Part shown: positions 43,985-55,228 of the stretch, piece by piece | Layout of the letters: each line of letters starts with the position of its first letter | Position numbering within the stretch: position 1 is the first letter of the stretch | Source of the DNA: Paramoeba atlantica | Taxonomy: Eukaryota > Protista > Discosea | Direction: 5' to 3' | Assembly: GCA_977017575.1 (NCBI GenBank) | Contig: CDRNVI010000036.1 | Coordinates: forward strand, 62,001-126,000 | Length of the DNA: 64,000 bases | Notes under the pieces: generated by a model | The model's input: the letters and a program-made list of their open reading frames with translations, nothing else | Told to the model about the DNA's origin: nothing | Databases searched by the model: none | Position numbers and translations under genes: made by a program

Positions 43985-44800
43985 CTAAGAGCATGGCTTG
44001 GTGTCACCGGTCTTCTGAACAATTGAATGTTTGTCGGACGCATACGATTTACGTTCTTCTCTCGAAAGAATTTTCCACATATTGGATAATTGCTCATCAA
44101 TTGCACAGGTAGACGCGGAATCTTTGCTTGCAGCTTGAAATTCAGAGTAGTGCTGATCAACAAAGTTCTTTATACCTTGAAGATTTAGGCAGTCTCCTAT
44201 CTCATTATCACTTTCCTCTGCAGCAATTGATTCGGAATCGACGGAAATTGGTTCACTAGACGGTAGGATAGCAGATAATGAGCACTCCTTACCAGACCTA
44301 TCGGGTCTCGGAGATCTGAGAGGTAGAGAGCCTGGGAGATCACCAGACTCATCATCTAATGGTTTCGGAGTATCAGACAGTGGGGGCAGCGAAAGCTCAA
44401 TCTGTAGCGGCACCCTACGGAATGATGGAGCATCGTTGGGTTTCTCATGCTCCCGGCTGTCAATGGCATCTTTGTGAAACCTACTTTGTTGCTGAGACTG
44501 GGTGTAAGTGACGCGGGAGCCCCCGAATGGCAATACAAGTGGAACGTTTGGCACGCGTAAGTTAAGCCAGGCTCGGGCAACGCTTTCATAGGCGAGATAC
44601 TCTGCTGTGGACAGGGAGATCCATAAATCGTCTAGTCGTTTGGTGTATTGTAATGGTGTTTCCCGAAAATATCTGATATGGTACCGCGTTGCATGCTGCA
44701 AAAAACAGTGTAGTGTATTCCTCTGTAGATCCGTCGAAAGATCAGAGCGCCGTAATGCAACATACAGCATCCCAGATGATGCGAAGAGAGGTTTCACCAT
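43985..44800 (-). CDS. Protein with two degenerate HMG-box-like segments
   Basis: LWISLSTAEYLAYESVAR and LSNMWKILSREERKSY resemble HMG-box helix 3 (W..LS..EK..Y). Confidence 0.5.
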   Translation of the reverse strand: MVKPLFASSGMLYVALRRSDLSTDLQRNTLHCFLQHATRYHIRYFRETPLQYTKRLDDLWISLSTAEYLAYESVARAWLNLRVPNVPLVLPFGGSRVTYTQSQQQSRFHKDAIDSREHEKPNDAPSFRRVPLQIELSLPPLSDTPKPLDDESGDLPGSLPLRSPRPDRSGKECSLSAILPSSEPISVDSESIAAEESDNEIGDCLNLQGIKNFVDQHYSEFQAASKDSASTCAIDEQLSNMWKILSREERKSYASDKHSIVQKTGDTKPCS

Positions 44801-45239
44801 GCACTAGAAAAGCGTGACCATTTTTATTAGAATTAGTCTTCATCAGTTTTCTAGGCAAAAGAATATTTTCTTATAAACTGGTCCTGATATGAAGTGGTTT
44901 TATAAACTGAGCCTGATAAGGATTTTTCCGTATGCAGTATTTGCCCCACACCGTATTAGCCTTCCTTATGAGTGTCACAGGAAACCAGTACATACCCACG
45001 TGAAAAAATCAATTTCATTTCTGAGCTATTAGCGATTAATTCCAATTTGTGAGGGTATTTAAAAAGAGGATAGAAAAATCTGTTGCCAGCATCTACTGTG
45101 AGGCAAAGTCCTAGCGACCACTATACAACCTACTGTAAAAACGCATGCCCGTATTCACAAAACAAATAAATTTGAATGAAGAGAAGGCGACAAGGAATCC
45201 ATTAGACTAGACGCATCGTCCAAATGTGCTATAGGACAG

Positions 45240-47474
45240 TCATTGGGAAATCCGTACGTAAACATCAGAAAGATCACTCGTTTGCGAAAGCTCAAGTTGA
45301 TGTTCGTTAGCCAAAAAAAGAAGCGAAAAGTAGAAAAATGCCGGCGAGAGCGAGCCATCTTTGGATATTTTGGAAACTTCGCCTCGTTCGATCATTGATA
45401 ACATAATGGAGCTCAGAGGAACGCCATTCTCCACAGCCATGTCTTTTGTGTTGTGCGAGGTAGCTTCCATGGGCATGTCGCTCTTACTTTCAAGTTCAAA
45501 ATTCTGATTTACAAGTTTTACATGATCCCACATCACACGTCTTAATTTTCCAACGTCAACTAAACTAGGTTTTGTGATCGCGTGATCCAGTAATACGGAA
45601 GAAATTGTGCTCGGGTCTTCTAGTATGGTTCGTCTCCTTTGCTCGGGCGAAATATCTGCCATTCCAGTTTCTAAATCGGTCACACCAAACGCTGTGTCTT
45701 CTGCGTCAGGGTAGTCCTCGTTCTCAGGAATATCTGAGCTAAGATCCTCCATGTCATCTGGGATAGGCAGTCCGACGTTATCCTCAATAGAGTCACCACT
45801 TACAGAAAGCTCCCTATGACGCCTTAAATCCATCCCTCGCCCCCCTTCGTACTTTTGGGCATGTTGCTCCATCCAATTCCAATGTGGCTCGGTACAGCAG
45901 AAGGGTTGCAAAAAACTGCGCGCATCAAATGTACATTGAAGGAACTGTGGCATGGAGGAGTCCTCCAAGGAGTGACAGAGCCCGCGAGCGAGCGCTAAAC
46001 ACGACGCCTTATCGTCATCCTTAAAATCCTCCGGTGGCATACCATCTTTTCCCTGCGTAAGCCACTCTTTGCCAAGAATCGTCAGCGAGGCGTGGGGGTG
46101 GTTATGACACCGCACCTTTACATTCCACTCCCCGGTGGTACTCCACGTCTCCGAGGTCTCATCAACCGCAAACCGCACCGACTTCTTCCGTTTCACCCCT
46201 TTCCCCGGTACCCGTGTCTCCTCTGTCTCGTTCGCCCCAGCAAACGCCCCCGGGCGGGTGTCCTCCCCTACCGTCACCGCCGCCGCCTTTCGAATCTCAT
46301 CCAGCGCGGACCCGGAGCGTAGCAGCACACTGTCCGCCCCGCTCTGCATCGGGATAAAGTCCGGGTCCTCCTCCCCGAGCCCACTCGCCGCCCCACCACC
46401 CGCGGGGTCCATGTACGACCCCGAGCGGCGGCCGTGACTTGTAAGCCAGCTGTCGACGCGGTTCAGCTCCAGCGTGCCGTCCAGCAGCTCCACCGCCTCA
46501 CGCATCTCCTCCCCGTGAGCGGTGAGTTGGGAAGAGAACCCAGAGGAGGGCGGGTGGGCGGGGCTGAGGTCCCGGGAGTGGGACTCCAACCTCCCAGGCG
46601 GGTCCATGCCCTCAAAAGGGCTCCCGTCCCCCAGAGCCCCGTCCTGGGAAGAGTCCGAGGATGCGGGATGGGATGACGCTAGACGCGACGCCCCGCTGGG
46701 GTGGGCGGAACTCGAGGAGGTGCGAAATACCTCGGTGTCAAGCGAGAGGGAGGGGATGGTGTGGGAGGGGGGCGAGAGCGGTGGGTCGCGTTCCTCGGTG
46801 CTGTCCGCGAGTTGTGTTGAGAGTTCTGGTTGGGAGGTGGTCTCGGGGAGGGCGTTTTCCTCCACCACGTTTTCACATCCCATCATGAGATTGCAATGGG
46901 GGCCAAGCCGAGCGTGGTTGAGTAGGAGACCGCTGGCATGTCCTTGGTCGAACTTCCGTGAGGTGGCGCGGAATAGAGGGTCTACTTCGTAGTGTTTTTC
47001 GTCGGTGTGTTTGACGCAAATTTCCTCATTGGAGGATGCCAGCGTACGAAAGTCGGCGGGCTTGCGTTTCCGAGAGATCTCCTCTTGAGTCCGCGCGGAA
47101 GCGCCTCGCTGGGTGCTAGACTCGCTCTCTTCCTTCGTGTCTTGACTTCTTTGCATGTCGTCCGCATCATTTTTCGTGTCGCAACGCATCAGTCTTTGCT
47201 GCACCTGGGTTGTCATTTGAAGTGTGTTCTCAACTCGGTGTGCCCACACTTTAGCACCGCTCTCGACAAGACTAGCGGCCTTTGTAAATTGTGCGTACGC
47301 ATCTCCCTCGGTTTCCATATAGGCTTCGACAGTATCCGTCATTCCTTCGATAATAGGAATATCCCACGCATTCTTGTTCGTAACCTTGCCTTCACTAGCC
47401 ATTAAAATCGCATCGTCCAGTGCCTTATGATCAACGTTGAGAACCTTGGCGCGAACAGAAGTAGAACGGTTCAT
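45240..47474 (-). CDS. NCAPH: Condensin I kleisin subunit (Barren/CAP-H)
   Basis: KVTNKNAW, FTKAASLVESGAKVWAHRVE, VDPLFRATSRKFDQG..GLLLN and C-terminal FYFSLLFLANEHQLEL. Confidence 0.92.
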   Translation of the reverse strand: MNRSTSVRAKVLNVDHKALDDAILMASEGKVTNKNAWDIPIIEGMTDTVEAYMETEGDAYAQFTKAASLVESGAKVWAHRVENTLQMTTQVQQRLMRCDTKNDADDMQRSQDTKEESESSTQRGASARTQEEISRKRKPADFRTLASSNEEICVKHTDEKHYEVDPLFRATSRKFDQGHASGLLLNHARLGPHCNLMMGCENVVEENALPETTSQPELSTQLADSTEERDPPLSPPSHTIPSLSLDTEVFRTSSSSAHPSGASRLASSHPASSDSSQDGALGDGSPFEGMDPPGRLESHSRDLSPAHPPSSGFSSQLTAHGEEMREAVELLDGTLELNRVDSWLTSHGRRSGSYMDPAGGGAASGLGEEDPDFIPMQSGADSVLLRSGSALDEIRKAAAVTVGEDTRPGAFAGANETEETRVPGKGVKRKKSVRFAVDETSETWSTTGEWNVKVRCHNHPHASLTILGKEWLTQGKDGMPPEDFKDDDKASCLALARGLCHSLEDSSMPQFLQCTFDARSFLQPFCCTEPHWNWMEQHAQKYEGGRGMDLRRHRELSVSGDSIEDNVGLPIPDDMEDLSSDIPENEDYPDAEDTAFGVTDLETGMADISPEQRRRTILEDPSTISSVLLDHAITKPSLVDVGKLRRVMWDHVKLVNQNFELESKSDMPMEATSHNTKDMAVENGVPLSSIMLSMIERGEVSKISKDGSLSPAFFYFSLLFLANEHQLELSQTSDLSDVYVRISQ

Positions 47475-47591
47475 TTTAGGTAGGACGAAAATGTAACAAA
47501 ATTAGTGCAATATGTGTTATAAGAAAGAACTTTTCAGGCTTCGCCATATTGTAGGCCCGCACCATGTCAAAGACTATTCCATGAACTACTA

Positions 47592-47927
47592 CACCCCCGC
47601 TAATAGAAGTTTATATTTTAATAAACGGGTGATTTTTGACTTTTATACTTTTCTTAATTTATAAAAAACATGCTTCCTTGTATAATTTATAAAACTTTTT
47701 TCCAAACTTGTATGCCTTTTTCCATCAAAGTTGTCGAAATGGCATTCCGAAAGTATTGAGAATGCTGATGCTTTCACCATCGCCGGGAAAATTACGTGAT
47801 AGTGATGACGTCAACCGGTACCTTCGCAAAATAATTTCTATAAATTCATAAATTCAATAAATTATAATTCTAAATATAAATGCAAAAGTTTTGTAATTCA
47901 CATTTATTAAAATTAATCAGCGGGGTG
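47592..47927. mobile_element. TA-flanked MITE with CACCCC termini, 336 bp
   Basis: TA|CACCCCCGCTAAT ... ATCAGCGGGGTG|TA. A similar lone end, TA|CACCCCCGTTCAT, is at 21928. Confidence 0.65.
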
Positions 47928-49479
47928 TAGTATTTTTGATATTCTTGGATAAAAGGGTCGCACGATGGATGTTTTCAATTTCGCGTCATTGAGCAAAATT
48001 GTGCAATCTCTTTTCTTGCGAACTAGAATTGGTCCTTAAAAACGTCTTTCTTAGCTGAATTAATATTACTTTTTCGATATAGTTTTCACTGCATTAGGGC
48101 TTTACAAATACCGTAAGTATGTGGAAGTACCAAAGTTGACGCGCAGCTTACTGAAAAGATATGAAAAGAATACATAAAGTACAGTGCACACAATTATTAG
48201 TGTAACAATAATTCGTGAAACCAAAATTAGTAAATTTTTAATTAGTAAAACATTTTGCAAAATTCAGGTTTTACACCTTACATTTTTTTCGGAATTCTAT
48301 TTTTTTTTACGAAAAGTTTTCAGATTACTATGTCGCACGAAAGCGAGCAAAATTTTTATTAATATTATTTTTTTGGGGTGTTTTTTACTCTGTGCTACAG
48401 ACACATATTACTTTCCCCGCTCCTGATTTTTTTCTGAATCTCTGACTTTCTTTTTCGTTATACTCCTATTCTTAAAAGACTTTCTTCGCTCCGCGAACGC
48501 GAAACATCGCTCTCTTGCATTTAAGAGATTTTTTTCATATTTAAGAAAATGCTCATGTAGGGACATTGTAAGGGAGGGGGTAAAAGTCAATCCCTTTTTG
48601 GGGAATATTCTTTGTAAGGATTTTCTTTGTAATACGCTTCACTGAAGCCTGACACACTCAGCATGGGAAAGCATGGTCGGGACCTCCTCGCGGTCTTCCC
48701 TAGCATTAACATTTTGCAGATGGTACTAACGCCGACCTTAGAGGAGACAACCTACTCAAACGACAGAAATACCGTTTCTGTAAAAATTGATTTTATCAAG
48801 TTGGCAATTTTTTTGGGGGCAGTGCAAAAATTAGTAAAACAAAAATTACTGAATTTTTAATTAGTAAAACTTTTTTGTTAATTTACAATAAAAGTTTTAT
48901 TAATTTTTGCGAGCACAGTAATATGGAAGTGCTATCACAAAAGATTTTAAACCTTATCCTAGTAAAAGATACTTTTTTTGCGAGACGACTATCCGTATTA
49001 GGGATATGTATGAATAGATGGTAAATTTTACATAAAGAATGACTTATTTTTGGTCATTTGCACCCCTGTTTTTCTAAGTTATAGAATACGCTGCTAGGTT
49101 CTTTCTAATAAATTCTCGTACTCGGAAGTGAACGACCACGTCGTAAAGTCTGGAACGACCAAAATATGTCAGTCAGAGCAAATGTCGGGTCGCTGTTATC
49201 GGTACTTTAGAGAGATTAGACGTACAGTATACACCATTGAAGTGTGCATGGGTGAGACAGAGATTCTCTCAAAACTGAACTGTGGAAACTCAAACTGTGG
49301 AATATGAAAGAGCGTAATTCAGACTAGATCACGTTCTGAACTACAGATACACAAATCTGATATTCTCGTCGTATATTCCACATGAAAAGTAACTAACACT
49401 ACAATGTGTTTTCATGACGAAGTATGTTGGAATGTTGGTTCGTATTAACACCATATGCATGCAGATTAAGTCGGAGTTA

Positions 49480-50604
49480 TTACTTCTCGAAATCCTTCTT
49501 TTCGTTTTCTGTCAATTTAACCTGATCCGCATCCGTAGAATTGCCTAATATATTTAACTTCAAAAAGGAATGAGTGACTGGTGAAACATTCAAAATATTT
49601 CCAATTGTCCAACTAAGTACGAAAAGCGCTCCCACGAGAGGCATACGCCGAAAAAAGAATGAGCACGTACCAGGACTGCCTGCACGTACAGATGAAAGCA
49701 AAAAGGTCAAGTACGCCATAGAAAAAAGAAGGATTCCAAAATATGCTCTGTGCTGATTCGCATTCCATCCGGCCAACATGAACAAGAACCCCATTGGCAA
49801 CAGAAGAAAATACAGAAATGTTTTTCGGCATCCCAAGTAAAGAGCAAACGACCCTATTCCAAGAGTTCTATCGTCCTTCGCATCCTGAAATGCGTACACG
49901 GTATCGTAAATCACGGTCCATATCACAAACGCGGAGTACAAGGGAAGAACAATTGGAACACTCGTAGACCAGCTAATCTCTCCCAGCACGCTTGTGTGAG
50001 CGATATAGACGCCAGAATTGAAGCATAACCCAAGTATGAATTGAGGACAATTGAGATATCGTTTTGCCAGAGGATACAGAGCCGCCAAAGGAACCGATGC
50101 CAGGGCGAGCCCAAGGCTCAGCGGGTCGAGACAAAGTACCACTGCCATACCAAGTATAAGATGGACGGATAAAATAGCATATCCCTGAGTAAACGACAGG
50201 CAACCCGAAGCTAGGGGGCGATATCGTGTTCTCCATACCTGTCGATCAATATCTTTATCCCACATGTCGTTTACAATACACCCAGCACTTCGCATAGTAA
50301 AGGCTCCTGCCGCAAACAGTACACTAAAACCGACAGGATAGAATGGAAGGGCGAAAAATTGACTCTGAACTCCGAGTCGAGCAATATCTGAGCTGGCAGC
50401 TGCTGCCATACCTGCATAACAGGGAAGTAAAAGCAAAGCAGTGCCTGTAGGACTACGAAAACGAATAAGGGACGCCCAATGCGCCAAGAATGTTCCGTAG
50501 GATGTGTATCGCTCTTTAGCTACCATAGATGTACGAGTCCAAAATGCTCGACTTTGAAAATGGTAGCGTCGACTTTTCCTAAACTGGTTGGCTCGTAGCA
50601 TCAT
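49480..50604 (-). CDS. COQ2: 4-hydroxybenzoate polyprenyltransferase (UbiA family)
   Basis: RSAGCIVNDMWDKDIDRQVWRTRYRPLASG and YDTVYAFQDAKDD. First ATG at 50604. Confidence 0.93.
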   Translation of the reverse strand: MMLRANQFRKSRRYHFQSRAFWTRTSMVAKERYTSYGTFLAHWASLIRFRSPTGTALLLLPCYAGMAAAASSDIARLGVQSQFFALPFYPVGFSVLFAAGAFTMRSAGCIVNDMWDKDIDRQVWRTRYRPLASGCLSFTQGYAILSVHLILGMAVVLCLDPLSLGLALASVPLAALYPLAKRYLNCPQFILGLCFNSGVYIAHTSVLGEISWSTSVPIVLPLYSAFVIWTVIYDTVYAFQDAKDDRTLGIGSFALYLGCRKTFLYFLLLPMGFLFMLAGWNANQHRAYFGILLFSMAYLTFLLSSVRAGSPGTCSFFFRRMPLVGALFVLSWTIGNILNVSPVTHSFLKLNILGNSTDADQVKLTENEKKDFEK

Positions 50605-50878
50605 TAAAAGACATACGAAAAGTACTTTATGTACACTACAATTTGTGACTCGCACATGTGGTTTTTCTCATATGGGAAAAAAACTTCCGGGATACTTATA
50701 CTTACTTAGGCAAAGTCAATCGAATAAAATAATCATGCCGTAAAGCACATTAATTAAATTAATGCTGTACCATAAAAGACAAAGTGTAAAACCCAATAAA
50801 GATTGCAAACAAGACATGTAGAGTGAAACTTTCTAACGCGCTACAATAACAATATGAATATGAAGTATTGACCAAATC

Positions 50879-53140
50879 TTACCTTCTGCGTCGTTTCGCA
50901 GCCTGGTGTTTTCGCATTTTTTCCCCTTTCAATTTATCATCTAGAGGCTTTTTCTTCTGTGACCTCAGTGTCTGAGATCTCATGAGTCGACGAACGGAAA
51001 GTTTTTCTGCCTTTTGTCGTGCCTTCGGGTCTGTTCGTCCTTTCTTCTGAAGTTTGTGGAGCACTCGAGTTGCCTTTCTCCTTTTCCGCCCAACGGCCTC
51101 TGCCACTTTTTTACATGGTCGCAGATTTATTTCTCTGAAGCGTGAACGCTGAAGCTCAATCTCCTCCTTTGTAACCGGCAGAGTGCGAAAGCAATGTCGT
51201 CGTTCATCCTTAACGAACCACTCGGGTAGTCCCTCCTCGGGTCCGTGGGTGTACTTGTGAATCGCCCCCTCCAAAATCTCTCGCCGTGCCTTTTTGTCGA
51301 GCATTTTCGTAGCAATTGCCAAAGTGCGTGCTCGAGTTTCCGGGTCTGTCAACGCCATTGGAATTTCCTCGAAAGCTACCGCTCCAGATGACGCATTTTT
51401 CTTTTTCTTAGCTTGCGTCGACTGATCCTTGCGATCTCGACGGACCAATTCTTGCAAAGTGGCTTCTGTGACAGATTTCAATGGGACGGCAGAACTGCGT
51501 GGCGCATGGATGAGGTTAAAACCCGAATCATTCGCCTCCGTTTTCTCTGTCTCAGAGGCGGAATCCGAGCTCTCAGAGGCAGTGTACGCATCGGTGTCGC
51601 GTAGCTCTTCAGTGTACTTTACCACAACTTCGTTATCATTATCCTCGTGTTTGCGTTTCTTTTTCATGCTTTCCTTTTGAGGGACAAAAGTACTATCCAA
51701 AACTTGTTCCATACGTCGGTGGTAATTTCGTGCCGATTTTCCAATGGGATACGCCTGAGTTTCATCAATCTCTTCGCTTTCATCTGTAGAGTCGGTGTCT
51801 GAGTTTTCCGAATTCTGGGGTCGTAGTTTACCTGTAATCCTCTCCGGCGAGATTTCACGCCCCACCTCACAGTTTGCATCAAAGTCGTCTGACTTCAGGT
51901 ATTGAAAAGAAGAAACAGGGGTAGTATCTGCGTCCACCCACATAGGGTCATGGTGCAGTACTCGGCCTAGATGTCGCAGTTTACGATCCACTACTTGTTG
52001 CTCCTTTCGCTTCTGTTCTTTTTCGCGACGTCGACGAAGTTGTGATATTTCATCCTCGAGAGCTGCTTCCTCGTCTGATGAATGCAGAGATTGCAGTTCA
52101 ATTTCCTTTACATCGGTAAGCCCTCCGTCAGAGTTGGGCACACTTTCTACGGAATCCTTGTGCAAATTCAATTTTAAAAGTTTCTCTCGCCAGCGTAGCA
52201 GGCGTTTTTGATCGGCGTTACTTACTTGACGTAGGTCCGTGCATAAGTAAAGTAATTCCTTAGTAGAACATGTGCTACGTTTGTACTCTGTTTCATTTTC
52301 CAAGGTCGGATCAAATCGTATCTCACTAACAGAGTGGAGAAATTCCTTTGGATCCTCCGTGCGAAGAAACTGCGTTATCGTTGCCGCCGTAAACTGAGGG
52401 CCCATTTTCTCAAACCCTTGTGGGACTTTGCTTACACTCTTCGATGCAATTGCAGCTCCACTATCCGCTTCAGTTGTCTCTCGAAACACCTCACCTACTT
52501 TGAAAAACCTCGGGTCAATCTTCCGTGGTGCTTTATATTCATGACAAACGACAAAGACCTCAGCGCTCTCCATCCGACTGGCCAGTGGCTTTGTGGTTTC
52601 CACTTTACCGAAAAACTGTTTCAGCACCCATAAAACTTTGTTGAAGTCTTCTCCGCGGAAAACTTTCGTTACAAACCATCCTCCAGGAGACAACAACTGT
52701 GTGGCTACCTTACACGCCTGCAACACAAGTTGATTTTGAGCAAACGACTCCTTGCTCCATACCCCTCCCACATTCGGGGCACCGTCATGTAGGACTATAT
52801 CTGCTTGAGCTCCTTTCAAATAGTTGGTGATATTTTTCAACGTTCGGTCGTGATAGATGTCACCTGTCAAACATTTGCAACCGGGAATAGGACGAATCGG
52901 GTCCAAGTCCACACCCACAATTTTCGATGTAATGGGCATATACTTAGCGGCAACTTGAAGCCATCCCCCTGGAGCGGCACAGAGATCCACTAAAGTGTGA
53001 GCATTGGCAAGAAACTCGTATTTCCGGTGAAGTTGGAGTAACTTAAAAGCACTACGAGCGCGATAACCTTGCTGCTTTGCAAGCTCGTAGTACTGATCCA
53101 AGCGGTCTTTCGCCTTCGCCTTGCTTTTCTTTCGCGACAT
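50879..53140 (-). CDS. SPB1: rRNA 2'-O-methyltransferase Spb1/FTSJ3
   Basis: GYRARSAFKL, DLCAAPGGW, VLHDGAPNVG, FVTKVFR and C-terminal LPEWFVKDE..H. Confidence 0.96.
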   Translation of the reverse strand: MSRKKSKAKAKDRLDQYYELAKQQGYRARSAFKLLQLHRKYEFLANAHTLVDLCAAPGGWLQVAAKYMPITSKIVGVDLDPIRPIPGCKCLTGDIYHDRTLKNITNYLKGAQADIVLHDGAPNVGGVWSKESFAQNQLVLQACKVATQLLSPGGWFVTKVFRGEDFNKVLWVLKQFFGKVETTKPLASRMESAEVFVVCHEYKAPRKIDPRFFKVGEVFRETTEADSGAAIASKSVSKVPQGFEKMGPQFTAATITQFLRTEDPKEFLHSVSEIRFDPTLENETEYKRSTCSTKELLYLCTDLRQVSNADQKRLLRWREKLLKLNLHKDSVESVPNSDGGLTDVKEIELQSLHSSDEEAALEDEISQLRRRREKEQKRKEQQVVDRKLRHLGRVLHHDPMWVDADTTPVSSFQYLKSDDFDANCEVGREISPERITGKLRPQNSENSDTDSTDESEEIDETQAYPIGKSARNYHRRMEQVLDSTFVPQKESMKKKRKHEDNDNEVVVKYTEELRDTDAYTASESSDSASETEKTEANDSGFNLIHAPRSSAVPLKSVTEATLQELVRRDRKDQSTQAKKKKNASSGAVAFEEIPMALTDPETRARTLAIATKMLDKKARREILEGAIHKYTHGPEEGLPEWFVKDERRHCFRTLPVTKEEIELQRSRFREINLRPCKKVAEAVGRKRRKATRVLHKLQKKGRTDPKARQKAEKLSVRRLMRSQTLRSQKKKPLDDKLKGEKMRKHQAAKRRRR

Positions 53141-53527
53141 TATAAGAATAAATTATTCAAGATATCAATAAATCAAAGTTTTTGAAACGAAAATACTACA
53201 AAATATGTAAGAAGTATAAGAGCTTGCATCGTAGATAGCATAATTCAGGAATTAATTTATAAATAAATAAATTATGTCGAAAACATTTCTTAATTTGCGA
53301 ATTCGTATGTAGACGTAATATGTAACTGAAAGTAATTGATAATTGATACGTAACTGAAAGTAATTGATAATTAGCAAGATGTCGCCCCCCGTACCTACGT
53401 TGGGGAAAAGTCTATACCTACGTAAGGGAAAGATATCCTTCCAACGATTTGAGCAAAAAACCCGTAGTACAATCAAAAGTGGTGTGCAATAGTTAGAGAT
53501 TGCAGCTTCTAGCACCGTGAATCGTTT

Positions 53528-54940
53528 TCAAACCCAGTCATCCGGCTCATCGTACTCATATGGACCATTTCGATGCTTCCGATTGCTCTGGTTTTGGCGA
53601 TGCCTTCCCCGAAATGGGAGATTCGAACGATCCGAGTTCCTGTTTGATGACCATGGCCTGCGAATTTCTTCGGTCTGTTTGCCATAAGAAAATTTGCTAT
53701 CGGTATGCGGGCGACGATCTTGTCTCATGCCTCGAGTGCCATAATACCGATTAGGACTATAGAACATATCATCTTCGTCAATCCCATGTGGCAGTTTGGA
53801 GGATCGAGAATCGCTAGGCGTCGAACGTGAACTGCTTGACGTGTTCCGATTAGTCGAATTCGTTTGTGGTTTGGTGGGTGTGCGATCTTGGCCATTTTTC
53901 TGATCCGATGTACCCGTTTTTCGATCACTTACCTTATTGTAGTACTCCATCACCTCTTGAACGGGACGACTCAGCTTTCGTGCAATTTCACGAAAAGATT
54001 TACCTTCCTTGTGAAACATATTTTCAAAAGCATCTGCTTCATGTGCGTTCCATGCTCCAGCAACAGGCGTTTCGCCCCCTCTTTCCGCCTTGCCACGTTT
54101 GTCTCTCTGCGTGCTACGTCGTCGATCCTCGGGGTTATAAAAGAATTCATCTACATGGTTAAAGAACGCGCCCTGATCCATCCCCTGACGCTCAGGACGT
54201 TGTCGGCGGCTGGTAAACAGACTGGGATCCGGGACCTCCTCTTCCCCGTCGGACATTTCCCAAAATGCCCTCTGCCACTCCGTCTCTGGCTTGTCATTAA
54301 AATTAACATAACCCTCGGGATCGTAGGCAAAATCCTCGTCATAGCCCACGTTAAACCCCATCCCACGAAGAATAGACTGTCCTTTACGTCCTCGTTTTGA
54401 AAAAGGCGGTCGAATATCTTCTGCTTCCTCGTGTATCTCAAAATCTCCCCGGCGAAACGGACCTCCTCGTGAGGATTGTGAAGCATACTGCATGAACGCC
54501 TCATAGGTATCCTGATCACACCCCGGGGGGTAGAGTGATGTCTCATGTGGGTCATAGTATTCTGCAGAGGTTGGATTCTGCGTCGAGGCCGTGGCTTCCG
54601 GACGTAGCGTCCCGCCATTCTTCTCCTCATACTGCCGGATCACATCATAGGCCGTGTTGACGCATTTCATGCGGGCATCGCTGCCCCCCGGGACGTCGGG
54701 GTGACACGTCGCGACAAGCTGTTTGTACCGTTTCTTCACGTTCGCGGAATTGGCCTCGCGAGAGTGGGAGATGCCGAGGGTCTTGAGTGCTCGGGCTACG
54801 TCCTCGGGGAAGGGAAGCACACGCGAATGGGAGGCCGCGCTCCCGATTACGTAGGTGCGGAGTAGGGAGGTGAAAAGGGGAGCGGGTTCGGTGGAGGCAC
54901 GACGAAGGCAGAGCCAGGGGGTGCGAAAATGGGTGTACAT
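53528..54940 (-). CDS. DnaJ-domain protein, possibly mitochondrial
   Basis: J-domain with CHPD and INTAY-like VNTAYDVI. The likely start MYTHFRT... is Arg/Ser-rich. The rest is low-complexity. Confidence 0.8.
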   Translation of the reverse strand: MYTHFRTPWLCLRRASTEPAPLFTSLLRTYVIGSAASHSRVLPFPEDVARALKTLGISHSREANSANVKKRYKQLVATCHPDVPGGSDARMKCVNTAYDVIRQYEEKNGGTLRPEATASTQNPTSAEYYDPHETSLYPPGCDQDTYEAFMQYASQSSRGGPFRRGDFEIHEEAEDIRPPFSKRGRKGQSILRGMGFNVGYDEDFAYDPEGYVNFNDKPETEWQRAFWEMSDGEEEVPDPSLFTSRRQRPERQGMDQGAFFNHVDEFFYNPEDRRRSTQRDKRGKAERGGETPVAGAWNAHEADAFENMFHKEGKSFREIARKLSRPVQEVMEYYNKVSDRKTGTSDQKNGQDRTPTKPQTNSTNRNTSSSSRSTPSDSRSSKLPHGIDEDDMFYSPNRYYGTRGMRQDRRPHTDSKFSYGKQTEEIRRPWSSNRNSDRSNLPFRGRHRQNQSNRKHRNGPYEYDEPDDWV

Positions 54941-55228
54941 GGGCGAAAATACTGAGAAAACTGTAATAAATAAAAGCTTCTTCGTTTTGTTTGAATGCCA
55001 GACGCGTACAGTAAAGTTACTTCTACGGCCATCAGAAAAAGAGAAAATGGTGCTCGATGCCCTAGTAGACACAACTACATTCTGTATTATGTTCAGAAGG
55101 GTGAAAATGAATACAAACGTAGAATCGAAAAAGCAGTTCATGTGGCCTACTCGTACATACTACAGTAATTCAATATTAGTAAGTTGCCCATGCAAGAAAC
55201 TAAACCATAGTAACCCCTAATCCTATAC

